Shown: positions 49,537-61,787 of the stretch, piece after piece
Layout: each line of letters begins with the position of its first letter
Position numbering within the stretch: the stretch's first letter is position 1
Assembly: GCA_013239625.1 (NCBI GenBank)
Contig: MU054212.1
Span: 9,844,898 to 9,908,897, forward strand
Reading direction: 5' to 3'
DNA from: Lama guanicoe
Lineage: Eukaryota
DNA length: 64,000 bases
The notes under the pieces: generated by a model
What the model was told of the DNA's origin: nothing
Databases searched by the model: none
What the model saw: the letters and a program-made list of their open reading frames with translations, nothing else
Position numbers and translations under genes: made by a program

Positions 49537-50724
49537 GTATGTTCCATTTTATTTTGTTTTTTCATTTTATTATTTTCTTTTATTAATGCTTAAGCCGGTT
49601 TGCGTAGGTTTTTACTGCTTGGCCCCGTAAGGTTTCTCTGCCCACGCATCGTCATCACGGCTCCCCTCCCCCCCGGGCCCTTTTGCTGCCCAAGTGTCCA
49701 GGGCTGCCCTCCAGGCTGAGGAGCCTTTCCCTAGTCCACATTCCGAGTTTCAGACCTGGAACCACCTGCTCCCTCTTCTTTCTGTCAAAACACACCTTTG
49801 CTGTGCTCCGTCTCTTCAGGGCCCTGCCCTCTGCCCGGGTTCATTTGATTAAGTGATAGTGGGATATTGGTGGCTAAAAATTGCTCTGGCCATCAATAAT
49901 CTCGAGTGTTTTCTTTGTTTTTATTTTCCACTTGCACGGTAGTCCTTCATGCCCTAATCTACGGCTCTGGGCACCTCGGGATGGAAGTTCAGGCACAGTA
50001 GCAGGCTGTGGGGAGATGGCTTCAGAGAAGTTCTTTGGCTGGTGTTCCGTTTCTCTGCCTGTGTCCATGGCTGAGGGTTCCTGGCTCAGGGTGAAATGCT
50101 GGGGGCTTTGCCACTGCCAGAAGGTCATGTCCGTCTCGTAGAAGGAGGGAGAAGGATTCTGAAGGGAAAGCTCTTGGAACCAGGCATCCGGTGAACCTCT
50201 GAGTCCTGGAATGGCCTGGATGGGTCAGTGACTTGGCAGGGTGTCACTCTTCTCCTTTACAAAATGTGAGCTGGTCCCCAAGTCCTCTTCCAGCCCTCAT
50301 GTCTTGGGTGGGATGTCTGTGACTCTGAGTGACCTGTGAGCCTTCGTGTTTTAGAGTGGAAGTGTCCCCATGGGAGCGTGTGGCATATTTAAATGGAGAC
50401 TTTTCACAATCCACTCAGTTTTCTTGCTCCCTTCTGCTGGTGTCGGGCTTGTTCTGTGACTTACCCATGTTCATCCCTCACAGGGCAGTGAGTGGGCCGT
50501 GTAAGGAGATTAGCTCCAGCAGAGGACATCTGGGTTCCAGTCCCAAAGTGACTGTTATCCAGATAGCCGAGACCTTGAAAGAAATACCCCCTGCTCTTGA
50601 TCTGTGTTCTCATTTGTAAAAGGGGAGTAAGACCATTTTTGCTTTGTTCACTGGTTGTGTCTGATGTGACACATCACATGCAATTGTAGTGGAGAGATCG
50701 AGGCTGTGTAAAAGTACCAGGGAG

Positions 50725-51346
50725 CTCTTGGCTTTTGGCTTGGAGGAGGCCAAGCTGTGTCTTTCTTTGGTTCTCCTGCATCTGGGTTCATATACCCCAC
50801 CTACTTCTGCCGTGCCACCCAGGTTTGACCCCAAGGAAGTTAAAGTCATGTACCTGAGATGTATCTGTGGGGAAGCCAGTGCCATGTCTGTCATCAGCCT
50901 CCTGGACTTCGTCCCTAAAATGTTGATGATGATGTCACTAAGGCAGCAGGTGGCTGGGCGGGTTGAAGATGACAGTGGAACTGACCACTCAGAAGAGACA
51001 GGCCCAAGTTGGTACCTCTGCCTCTTCCCTGATTATCATCAAAGTCCTCAAGGAACCACCCAGAGACAGAGGAAAGCAGAAAAATATTAGGCTCAGTGGA
51101 AACACCACTTTGGATGACACTGTCAATGTCACCTGACAGATACAGCACTAATCCTCAGCCAGAGAACCCTCTGGAGCCATTAAAGAGATCCTGGGAACTG
51201 CTCAGTCTGTGGGTCAAAGTGTGGGCAGCCACCACCTTCATGACGTTGTCTATGACGTGAACGGTGGTGCCATGAAATGCCGAGCTAGTTAAGAACTACA
51301 AAGGAAAAGGTCTCAAGAAAGGATCATTTGACAATCAGGAAAAAAA
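50725..51346 (+). pseudogene. RPL12: Processed pseudogene of ribosomal protein L12 (uL11)
   Basis: Intronless. Pyrimidine-start 5' UTR (CTCTTGGCTTTTGGCTTGGAGGAGGCCAAG); VPPRFDPKEVKVMYLRC from 50812 (cf. MPPKFDPNEIKVVYLRC, ATG>GTG); [33 protein letters not shown]; ends CRAS-TAA (51290-51292). Has frameshifts and premature stops (TGA 51134, TAA 51149), a 3' UTR GGATCATTTGACAA plus short A-run, and a possible decayed TSD (AAAAGTACCAGGGA / AAAATAACCCCAGGGGA). Confidence 0.95.
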
Positions 51347-53723
51347 TAACCCCAGGGGAACGGGTTAAATTTTAGTAATATACATGGGAAAACAGGGTTA
51401 GTCTTCTGCCACATCCAGGAAGCTGGCAGTGCAAAACCCTCTCTGACAACGGGTAGTGAGATGGGGCTCAGAGAGGGAAGGATATCGGCTCAGCCTTGCA
51501 CAGCATGTCTATGGACCGAGGTGCAGTCTGCGGGCGGAGCAGGAGGCCCTCCTCTGGGTGTCCTGTTGGCTTACTCTCCCGACTCCCAGGTTAGAGATTT
51601 GAATCAGATACAAGGCAAATGCTTAGGCAAGGAAAAAGCGTCTCGCCAGCTTGCTCCACAGGGGAAGAGAGTCTGTGATACGGGAAGGGGCCGAAAATAG
51701 AGTGCCTCAGGGAAGACCAGCCGGTGACTGCCTTGTGCTGGGTGTGGGAGGCCTCCTCCAGGAAGACGGGAGTTAAAATGAGAATAGGACGTGGTCGCTG
51801 CCGGGCTGGACTGCTGAGCGCAGACGCTCTGGGCTGGGATTTGGAATCCGTATCACAAGAAAGGGGTCCCGCTGGAAAGGCTCGTTTAGCAATGCCGTCC
51901 TGCTGGGGTCTGTGGAACATCCTGACACAGTCCGGGGCTTGAACAAGGGCCAAGGATTTATCCAGAAACAGCAAGCCCTGTACAAAGGCGATCCTGGATT
52001 TAGAACAGATGAAAGGTACTTTGAGGGAGTTCAAAGAACGGGCACATGCTCCCCAATGGCTTCTTGCTGGATATTTTGAGAGGTGACTGGGGCACACTTT
52101 CCCTCACAGCTTCTCCCAGGGGCCTTTTCCAACACGGTTTCTCTCCATTAGTATATTCCAGAGCTCATGGGCTTGGAATTCGTAATATGGAAATTCCTGC
52201 AGTGGTGGGAACAGGCCTCCCCCAGCTGGGGTTTGCTAAGGCCGTTATTCTGATGATGTTAATGGTGATGATAAATTGGCAGTAATGATGGAGATGGGGA
52301 AAGTAATGAGGCCAACCTGATTGGGTGATGTTGAGAAATCTAGGGAACAAACCTTAACTTTGCTTTCTTGCCTGGGACCAAAAAAAAAAAAAAGTCTACC
52401 TCTGGGAAAGAGGAAACAGAAAATACCTTTTTCGGGGGTCAGTTGTGACGTATACCAGGTATATTCCAACGTGGCATCAGCTTTCTGGTGGGTTGTCTAG
52501 TGAGTCCCGAGCAGCGTATGTTGAGGTACAAACTCAAGCTGATATTAGTGGCTGTCACCAAACCAGTGACCTCTTAAATGCAGGGTTAATACAAGAAGGA
52601 GCCAGTCATCCTTGTTTTCCTTCTCTGAACAGTGTCTAAAGAGGAGGGATGTGAGAAGTCAATCATCAAACACTTTCTTCAGGATCTGAGACAATCCCAC
52701 TGCCTTCTAAGAGCATTTCGTGTGTGGCTGTGCTTGCAGTAAGTCCTTTACTTCTGTATCTCCATCCTTGAGCCCTTACAGCCTTGCTTTTCCAAGTCAC
52801 TGGGTCCAGCTGGTGAGATGACAGCATTAAGGCAAAGGAACTCTGAGGTCTGACTCTTGCTCATGGTCCCAATGGTACCCCCAAAAGCAAGGGACAAATT
52901 AAGGTCTCTGAGGGCTAGTTAAAGAGGGGATGACACAAGTTCCAGATAATCCCAATTTCACTGATTACTAAAAATATTAAAAGGAAAAAGATGAACCAAA
53001 TTTAATCAGTTACCATCAAGTAAAGAGAGATCCTGGCAGCATCACCCAGTTTTAGTGAGATTTTGCAACGTGTGATGCTTGATTTCAGAGTTCCTAGCCT
53101 TCTCTTCCTGTAATTCTTCCTTCTCTGCTGTCCTCACCCACAAACCCTTGCCTCAGTTGTGCACAGTTATCCCTCCAGTCCAGGGACAGACTCTCCGGAG
53201 CACATTCTGTGATGTTAGGGCAAAGTAACAACGGTGCTGCTGCTGGTTCTGTCACACCGTGAACACGCGCTCCCCTCCTGGGGGAGTTTCTCTTTAATGA
53301 AAGAGCCTGGAGAGGAAAGCGCTTACCCCATGAGGGGCTCTGAAGTTGTAGATGAGCACAGGGAAGGCCCTTTGCCCTGCCAGCCACATCACAAAGGTGG
53401 CGCCATGTGCTAAGGCTGTGGCCATGATGGCTTAATGGGACTGAGGACTCAGCCTAGTGCGGCTGTAGCTTACATCTCTACTGACTGGGGGTATAAAGAG
53501 GGCCCACCTTTTCCTAGAAAGTGTCTTCTTCCTGAGAAAAGGATAAGGTCAGAGCTGTCAGTTTCTGCATCAGCCCTCTTGGTTCATTAGTTCTTCCTTT
53601 TTAGTGGGTGAAACTCTTCTGCACGCTGGGGAGCTAGAGGTGTAACTGAAAAGAATTATGCAGAAAAAAACAGAGTTTAGACTATAAAAGGATAAAAAAG
53701 ATTTGCTTTTCTGGTTCTCTCAG

Positions 53724-53754
53724 GTCAGGAGGTTCTTAAGAGGACTCAGAATGT
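53724..53754 (+). other. Candidate 31-nt internal exon of the 49.5-kb transcript
   Basis: Acceptor ATTTGCTTTTCTGGTTCTCTCAG and donor GT|GTAAGT, in non-repeat DNA 4.2 kb downstream of the first donor. Motif-only evidence. Confidence 0.3.
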
Positions 53755-53906
53755 GTAAGTTTGGAACTAAGGAATACGAACTCCCATGCATTCACTTCTT
53801 CATTTATATAACAAGTATACATGGATTAATTTTTATAGGAATTGGATGGAAGGTGTTCCAGAGAGGAGATCTGTGAGGTAGCAAAGAAAAAAAGGAAGTA
53901 GAAGTA

Positions 53907-54463
53907 AGTTCTAGTTATCAATTGCCATGTGACAAATCTCCCCCAAACTTAATGACTTGAAATATAACAATTATTTTATTGTTATCGTCTCTTGGAGTTC
54001 AGGGATTGACTAGGCTCAGCCAGGTAATTCTTGTTCAGGATCTCTCAGGTAGTTTCAGAAACACAGTTGGATGGAGGTGGCGGGACGGAGGAGGGTGGAG
54101 GCTGGAGTCTTTGTAAAGGCTTTTTCACTTGAGTACTGGTAGTTGTTGCTGGCTGTTGACTAGAACTTCAGCTGAGGCTCTTAGCCAGCTGATCGTGTAT
54201 GCTTGGACTCTCCATGTGGCCTGGGCTTCCTCACAGACTGGTTTCCAAAAGAAGAGCATCTAAGAAAACTGAGTAGAGGCGCTGTCTAGCACTGTCCTCT
54301 TGTATGTCCTGGCGTCAGGAGTCACATAGTATCACCCGCTGTGGTCACAGGGCAGGGATCATAGACCCTGCCTCTTCATTGGAGGAGTGTAAATGCCAGT
54401 TGTAAGAAGAACACATGGGATGGGAGAGCTTTGCAGCCATCTTGGAAAATACAGTTTACCATG
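53907..54463 (-). mobile_element. MaLR solo LTR (MLT1H-like)
   Basis: TAGTTATCAATTGCCATGTGACAAAT...CCCAAACTTAATGACTTGAAA at one end, CTCTCCATGTGGCCTGGGCTTCCTCACA internally, GCCATCTTGGAAAATACAGTTTACCA at the other end. Confidence 0.82.
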
Positions 54464-54759
54464 GGTTAGGTAGATCCAGGTATGAGTGGTCTTGAATGAA
54501 ATCTTGCTGAAGAACTCATACTAATTAATGAAGACTAACCTGGAGTAAGTGGTCAGCAATACAAGAAAGCATATGATCAAATGGGTGATTGTATAACTTG
54601 GATGCTTATGGCTAAAAGAGGGTGAAGGATTCAGTGAGTTCTGGAGTAGTCAGGGCAGACTTCATGGAAGAAGCGGGACTTTGAGCTGACTTTGAAGCCT
54701 GGGTTGGGTCCATTTGGTTATGTTGAGTTTATATTCATCTTCCTCCCACCCAGGAAAGA

Positions 54760-55900
54760 AATCATAATGAACAGAATTATAATTATTGGTAATTCCTCCT
54801 ATTACCAGTGAGATAACTACTTAACATTTCCAGGTATATCTCCCCCAGTTTATTTTTTTCCTGAGAATGTATTACAAACTTGGAATCCTGCCTAGCCATT
54901 TGACTTAAAATATTCTGTGAATATTTTCTTAAACTATTTGATACTCTTCTAAAGTATCGTCTTGAATGGCTGCGTAACATTCTATCCTGTGAATATGCTA
55001 TGATTTACTCTTAAATCTCTTACTGTTGGAAATTTAAGCTGTTGCATTTTTTTTTTTGCTGCTGGAAAAACACTGATGAAAATCTTCACGCAGAAATCTT
55101 GTGCTCACCTACGATTTTTCTCAGAATTAATTCTTAAAGGTAGAATTATTGGTCAGAAGTTACCCATGTTTTAAAAACCTTTTCCATGTCTTGTCATAGT
55201 GGCTTCCAAGACAGGTTGTATTTGCTCCCTGTGTTGCCCAGGTGAGCCCCCATTTATTGACTGGTTTACCAATGCTGATTGTTTGTTTTTTAAAAAAAAT
55301 TTTTTTAAGTGAGTTATAGTCCGTTTAAAATGTTGTGTCAATTTCCGGTGGTGGTTGTTACTGGCTGCAAAGGACAGTTTCCTGTTTGAGAGACCAAAGT
55401 GGAACTTTGGGCTTTACTCTGATTTTATGTGATTATTAGAAGGGTAACATTTTCCCATATATTTCTTGATCGTCTGGGTTTGTTAAAAAAGTGATTTGCG
55501 CATTTAAATCCATTGCCTATTTTTTTCCCATTGGAATTTTCCTCCTTTTGATCAATAACAGCTCTTTACCAATTATTACTCTTTTGTTTAGCACATGTGG
55601 TGCAGTTGTCTGCTTCTCGTGTGATCTTTTTGTTTTCCAGGTTTGTTTGTGATGTGTTTTTTCAGATGTAGGGAGGTTTTTAAGCTTTTGTGTGGTCAGA
55701 TCTAGTCATCTTTGCTCTTATGTATGAAAGGTCTTATTTACAATAATAACTGATTAATTTGCCCGTATTTTTCCTTTGTGTCCACAAACACACACACACA
55801 CAACGTTGAGTTCTTGGATCAGTCTGGACTATTATCTTAAAATACGTTCCGAGTGGGGATCTCCTAAAGATTGTTTCCCAAATGTTTACCCAGATGTAGG
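54760..55900 (-). mobile_element. Decayed ancient L1M 3' region, containing a ~50-bp young L1 tail at 55280-55330
   Basis: T-rich strand with motifs TGAATGGCTGCGTAACATTCTAT, TGTTGGAAATTTAAGCTGTT and GTAGAATTATTGGTCAGAAG. Confidence 0.6.
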
Positions 55901-56179
55901 ATGACAGGATTTAGGTCAGTAGAGGGAAAAGCCTAGTACCTTGAAAGGGAGAAATTATGTGATTCTGGCTGAAGCAGGAGGGGCGGTGGTTGTAGGGGTG
56001 GCACGGGGGGCAGAGCGGGCGACTGCACTAGAGGGCTGAAGGATCTGGGATGCCAGGCAAACGAGATGCCTTATGGGCACTGAGAAGCATTGCAGATTGG
56101 GGAATAGGAAAATGATTATTATTTTTTTTTTCTGTTCCTGAACATCTCTCGAGGACTTGCGAGGAGTCAGGGACTCTGG

Positions 56180-56345
56180 TACATATACATAATATTTCAT
56201 TTAATTCTCACCATTGCCTACAAGGCAGGTACTATTATTATCACTGCTTTATAGATGAGATGCTTGAGGCTTAGTAAATGGTAGGGCTGGGACTGAGTCC
56301 AAATCTGGCTGTTTCCAAAGCTCTTTGTTCAACCACTGTGCTTAT
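56180..56345 (-). mobile_element. MIR
   Basis: TTTCATTTAATTCTCAC...AGGTACTATTATTATCACTGCTTTATAGATGAGATGCTTGAGGCTTAG. Confidence 0.75.
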
Positions 56346-56938
56346 ACATTTCTCAATATAATTAAGGTTAGAGTTTCAGAAAGTTAATCCGGAAACACTG
56401 TACAGGTTAGAAGGGACAGGGGAGTGATTGAGGTCAGGAGCTTCTGAAATATTGGGGGGCACAGTGATGAGAAGTTATACGGAGGTGATGAAGCTGGGAG
56501 CAAGCAATGCAGGGAGTGGGAGGGGAGCTGGCTGGGTTGAGTATCCTTCAGTATTGGCTCCTATTCTAAATATTTGATGCTCCTCTCAGACTTACCCAGG
56601 GTCTTCATCAACTGATCTTAGCAGTTACCTCTCTCCTGAGACTTAAACAGAAATTTCCAAGGACCAGACATTCTTGTGTAGAAATTGGAAACAGGACCAA
56701 AATTCTTTTTTTTTCCCCCATCCATCCAAATCCTTGAAGGAAGCCAGTGTGATGAAAGGAAGTTTTTTTTTCCCCAAGGGATGGAGCTGTATCTTCATTC
56801 CTTTCATAAACATGAATGAAGCATACAGTGGGCACATGCCTCTCCTGTCAGGGATCCAAGACACATTAAAACAGAGCCTGCCCACATTGGGGTGAGAGTT
56901 GAGCCAAAGTAGTAACTTGCATGTACATCAACACCATA

Positions 56939-57373
56939 CACATGTAAGTGATATCATATGGTATTTTTCTGACTTACTTAAAATGACAATCTCCAGGTCC
57001 GTCCATGTTGCTGCAAATGGCATTATTTTATTCTTTTTTATGGCTGAGTAGTATTCCTGTGTGTGTGTGTGTATACACCACATCTTCTTTACCCAGTCAT
57101 CTGTTGATGGACATTTGGGTTGCTTCCATTTCTTGCTATTGTAAATAGTGCTGCTGTGAACATTGGGGTGCACGTGTCTTTTTGAATTATATTTTTCTCT
57201 GGATATGTGCTCAGGAGTGGGATTGCTGGATCATATGGTAAATCTATTTTTAGTTTTTTAAGGAACCTGTGTACTGTCCTCCATAGTGGCTGTACCAATT
57301 TACATTCCCACCAACGGTGTAGGAGGGTTCCCTTTTCTCCACACCCTCTCCAGCATTTATCATTTGTAGACTT
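56939..57373 (-). mobile_element. Young LINE-1 ORF2 C-terminal fragment lacking 3' UTR and poly(A)
   Basis: ORFs 57089-57298 ([28 protein letters not shown]...DTCTPMF) and 56928-57173 ([17 protein letters not shown]...EYYSAIKKNKIMPFAATW) are L1 ORF2p. Confidence 0.93.
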
Positions 57374-57516
57374 GGGGAGTGATGGAAATATTGGCTATCT
57401 TGATTGTGGTAGTGGTTTCATGGGTGTACACATCTATCAAGATTCATCAAATTGTATATCTGAAATATGTGTAGTTTACTGTACAGGAACCAGACCATAA
57501 TAAAAGTTAAAAAAAA
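57374..57516 (+). mobile_element. Old L1 3' terminus (L1MC/MD-like)
   Basis: GGGGAGTGATGGAAATATTGGCTATCTTGATTGTGGTAGTGGTTTCATGGGTGTACAC...CATCAAATTGTA...AATAAA plus A-tail. Confidence 0.8.
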
Positions 57517-59599
57517 TCGTACGAAATGGAAAGTTCCAAATCTCCCCAAAAGAGGCATAATTAATGGGTGACAGGAGGTCTGAGAAGGGAGAATTATTCT
57601 TATTGGGAAGACCAGGAACAGACAGAATCATGAACTAATAGCTGGTTTCTAAGTCGTGCTGGGTTTGCTAGAAGGAACGGACAAGAATCTTGTGTAATGA
57701 GAACTTCCATTCTTTTGTTTGCAAGCCCTGCGACTTGCCCTCCTACTGTGCGGGGCACCGGTGACTCCCTGGCATTTGTCCCTCCCTCCCCAGCCCCCGA
57801 GGTGGTTTACTTGCCAGTCATTTGGTCCTGCCTGCCGTAATTACAGGAAAAGAAGCACCCCAGTTGTTTTCTTTTCTTTATGCATCTAGGATGTTCTAAG
57901 AAAGAGGACAAAAGCAGACGAAGAAGAAATAAACTGCAGCTCAGCACACAGAACATGCATCTTTATCAGAAGAATCACAGAATGGATGCTGCTTTTATTC
58001 TCCACCCAGGCACACCCCGAAGTCCTAACTCTTTTTCTGAATCTGCCCTAATAGCTCAAACTGCATAGATCATCCACAGCCCTTATATTTATAACCCCAA
58101 TTTGGCCTTGTGGTGCTTGGAAACAGAGCAATCATAAATAGGCTTAGGACCCTACAAATTGCCTTCTGGGGCTTTTTGAAAAATTTTTTTGGCCTCACTA
58201 GACAGGCTCATTAAGAGAGAGAGAAGGACCCTCACTCCTTAAGAGGTCCTGGGTTGGAGTCCCAGCCCTGTACATTCCTGTCTATTTCAATCTGTTACGA
58301 AACGTCTCTATGCACCAGTTCATGACTCTGTGAAAAGGGCATAAACATAGCACTCACGTCACAGGAATGGTGTGAGAATTACGTGAGGTTTGTGGAGTAA
58401 GCATTCAAGACATAGGTAGGATTCATGCAGAATGAGGGCCACCAGAGGTCCCAGTTAGATGCAAGTCAGTCTATTTCATTGAGCTTCGACAGTGCAGGAC
58501 CATTTCCCTTTGGACCAGGAGTCCTCATTACATGGTTGCTTCATCACAGTGTTTAGAATGGGTCTTTCCCATCTTGTTGCAGGCCAAGTACATCATGATG
58601 AATATGTTTGCATTATCATTTGAAGTCTGAGTTTTGGACACGTGCCCGAGGTTTAGTAACTGTAAGTCCGAAACTGCAGACTGTCCAGTGTTTGCCTTTT
58701 CCCTATACATAACCCATGGCTCATTCTGCCGTATCTGCCGGTCTTATTTATACCCATTACTAGACAGTGAGCTCTAGACGGAAAGGGATGAGTATGTGTC
58801 TGTGTATGGATATGTATCTCTGTATCTCAGGGTTCCCCAGACATCACATAGAACTTGGCATGTGGTCAGCGTTCACTGAATACTTATTGAGTGGATGGCA
58901 TGATGCTGTAACAGTGAACAGGGATTGGTGTTAAATGCCTTGTTTCTTTAACCTACCTGAACTTCCCCACAGCCTTATGAACTAGGTACTTTCATTTCCA
59001 GTTTATTAATAGAGAAACAAAGATTCTGAAAGACTTCCCCACTCAGCCAAGGTCAAAGAGTGACACGCTTCCCTCTCCATCCATTGTCTCGGCTCATCCT
59101 TAAATACCCTGGTTCTCATTATGATTATACCACTTATTAGCCATATGGCACCTGGCGAGTCACACACCCTTATAAAGAATCACATCTTCTTACGACGAGC
59201 GCTGCCTTGCTGTCTTGGGAACATTTTAATAGTTTCTGGGTATTCGCAATCCTGAAAAATAAGTGACTCATCATGATATTGTTTTGATGAAGCCTGAAAA
59301 TGGCTTGTCTATTTTTAACACTGAGTGGCAGTAACTAATAATATTAGGTTCTGTGATCCTGTTCCGAGTGGAGAGGGAAGTGAAAGGTCACGGGGGTTAA
59401 GGAGTGTCCGTGAGGGAGGGCTGCACCCAGCACCCAGGAGAGAGATTGTGCTGTTGTCTCAAGCACCTTGTCCTGAAGCTGGGCGCTCCAGGCCACATCA
59501 GGCTCTGTTTTCTGGGAACCTTTACAAGGCCGTGAAAGATGGAGAGGATGGTAAGGAGACTGGGCGTGATGCTGTGCGGGCAAGTGGCAGGATTAGGTA

Positions 59600-60850
59600 G
59601 GGTGGTCCAGTGGCCTTCTCGAGGAAGTGAGAGCAAAGACTTCAAAGTAGATGCTGGAGTGAGCCAAGCAGATGTCTAGGAGAGGAAGGACGTTCTAGTC
59701 TGGGGGACTCCAGAGCAGAGGGCCGAAGGCAGGCACGCAGAGCGTGCTTGAGGGACAGCGCGGCGTTCAGTGTGACTGGAGACCCCGAGCGAGGGGACGA
59801 GGAGAGGAGGTGAGGTCGGAGAGGTCATGGGGAGGGGGGCCTAGCCGGTCATTGCGAAGGCTTCAGTGTAGTCTTAGTGGAGTGGGTGCTGCTGGAAGGT
59901 TTTGAACACATGACATGGTTCCTTTGTCAAATGCCATGAAACTTATGTTTTAAAGCACATGGCTTCTGTGTTAAGAATACTTCCAAGAAGGCATGGGAGG
60001 CTGTGAGAGTACTCCAGGAGGGAGGTAATAGTCAACCAGGGTTGGATCGTGACAGCAGAGGTGCTGAGCAGTTTGAATTTGGATGCGTTTTGAAATCTGC
60101 CAGCAGCTTAGATACAGGGTGTGATGGAAAAAAGAGACACCAAGGATGAGTCCACGATTTTCACCCGAGTAACTGAGACAGGAAATGGTGTAGGTAGCTT
60201 AGGGCTGGGGTGGGAAAAAATGAGGCGTTCGATTTTGAACATGCTGAGTGTGAGAGGGTTCTTAGGTCTCCATTCAAGTGGAGATTGTCACATGGGCCGC
60301 TGGAGACACACATCTAGAAATGAGGAGCAAAATCTGGACAGGAGAGATGGCTCTGGGGTTCATGAGCCCACATCAGTATGTGAAGTCGTGGGTCTGGTCC
60401 TGTCAGCAAGGGGTGAGTGTTGGTAGAATAGAGGACCACGGAGGTGCCCCGTGCCCTCAACACATGGAGGGAGTGTGGCGTCCTGGGAGGTGGACAGTGT
60501 TGTCAGGTGCTGCTGGTGGGGCAAGGGTGACGAAGCTTGGGAGCTGATGGGTGGGCACAGCAACGTAGTGGGTCCCTAGGGATCACGATAAAGAAAGTTT
60601 GGGTTGAGAGGTGTTTGTGAAATGTGGGTTTAAGAGAAAGTCAGGAGTGGAATTTGAGAGAGAACAGATCACCCTTTGGGGAGGCCTGTTTGCAGAGACA
60701 ACAAATGGGCCAGTAGTTAGAGATAAGGAGAGGGGTCAAGAGAATTTTATTTTAATGGCAGACATAATGGCCTGTTTATGTGCTGATGGTAATCATCTAG
60801 TAGAGAGTGAAAAACTGATAATGCGGGAGAGGATGGGAGAAAGGATGTGA
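59600..60850 (-). mobile_element. Long decayed L2
   Basis: GAGGTGAGGTCGGAGAGGT, CTGGAAGGTTTTGAACA, GTTCGATTTTGAACATGCTGAGTGTGAG, TGTTTATGTGCTGATGGTAATCATCTAGTAGAGAG. Confidence 0.65.
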
Positions 60851-61759
60851 CATGGAAACCACCGAAGGAACAGCTCGAGCTTTTCCGGCTTTTTACTCCC
60901 GGTGTTCCTTACCCCAGCAGGGATATTCGATACACAGTTATGAGTCTCTCCTGTCAAATGATTGCATCAAGTCCTGTCGGAAGTCTCAGGCCCGTCATTA
61001 GCTTTAGTGTTTCCTCCGTGTTGTCTATTATCCCTCCACTCAGGGCCCAGCTGGACCAGGGTGTTTTTTAAATATGGAACCCTGGACCATTTTCTATGCA
61101 TTCCTTTGTGATGGAGATAGGACCGTGAGAAAGCAGAACTGGGCTCCGTGATCTTAGGCAAACTGGCGATACAGACAAACTCGGTTTTAAGACACTGAGG
61201 TCACACGGAGACAAACTGGGACTGAAAGGAATAGGTAGGGTCAGTGGCTTTGGAGATTTGAAAGAGAAATGAGTCAGGTGAGGGCTGTCTGGTTCCGAAG
61301 CGAGGTGGGGACAGTGGTGATGGGAGGGGTGAGGTCTTCAGTGCTGTGGCTTCCCACCGAAAGATCTTACTTTTTTTCCCTCACTTTACTAGACTGGCAT
61401 CAAAATCCCACCCCAGAGTCTTCCCCCAACTCCCTTTCCCCCAGTTGAAATCACCCTCTATGTCCTGGGTGCAGTTTCTCCCTCCAGCCCCCATGGGTTG
61501 TGGGCCTTCTGTAGCCAAGTTCTTCTCATGTGCTCCAGGGCACTAAGCCCCTGTCTGGAGATGGCCAGTGGGTTGATTCGTACCTGGCCATGCTCAGATG
61601 AGGGGATGACAGGGGTCAGCTAGGAGTAAAGTCTACAAACCGGAAGACATTTCAGCCCCGTCTTCAAGTCAGCTGTAAAAAGGGCAAACTGGATCCGATG
61701 GGAAGATTTCATCCCGACCTTTTATATCTAATTGATAGAGTGAGGCTGGAATCTGACCT

Positions 61760-61787
61760 TCCCGATCAGCTGATGTACTGGGGGTCA
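61760..61787 (+). repeat. 28-bp exact direct repeat, copy 1
   Basis: TCCCGATCAGCTGATGTACTGGGGGTCA, identical to 63122-63149. Confidence 0.95.

Noticed and set aside
50689..51090. 133-aa ORF containing PPRFDPKEVKVMYLRC
   Set aside because: Chance read-through across the RPL12 pseudogene. It has no true ATG at its start and similarity is lost after a frameshift.
51590..52015. Possible 426-nt exon (CTCCCAG|G ... AAG|GTACTT), CpG-rich
   Set aside because: Weak donor and no frame open throughout; cannot be supported without RNA data.
20778..57373. The L1 at 20778-21137 ends almost exactly where the L1 at 56939-57373 begins, suggesting one element split by 36 kb
   Set aside because: The first copy has its own flanking TSD, and the intervening DNA is ordinary old sequence, so these are independent events.
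57890..58070. Strong acceptor TTTTCTTTTCTTTATGCATCTAG with a downstream AATAAA
   Set aside because: No coding similarity, and it gives an immediate stop after the 53754 candidate exon. Motif-only evidence.
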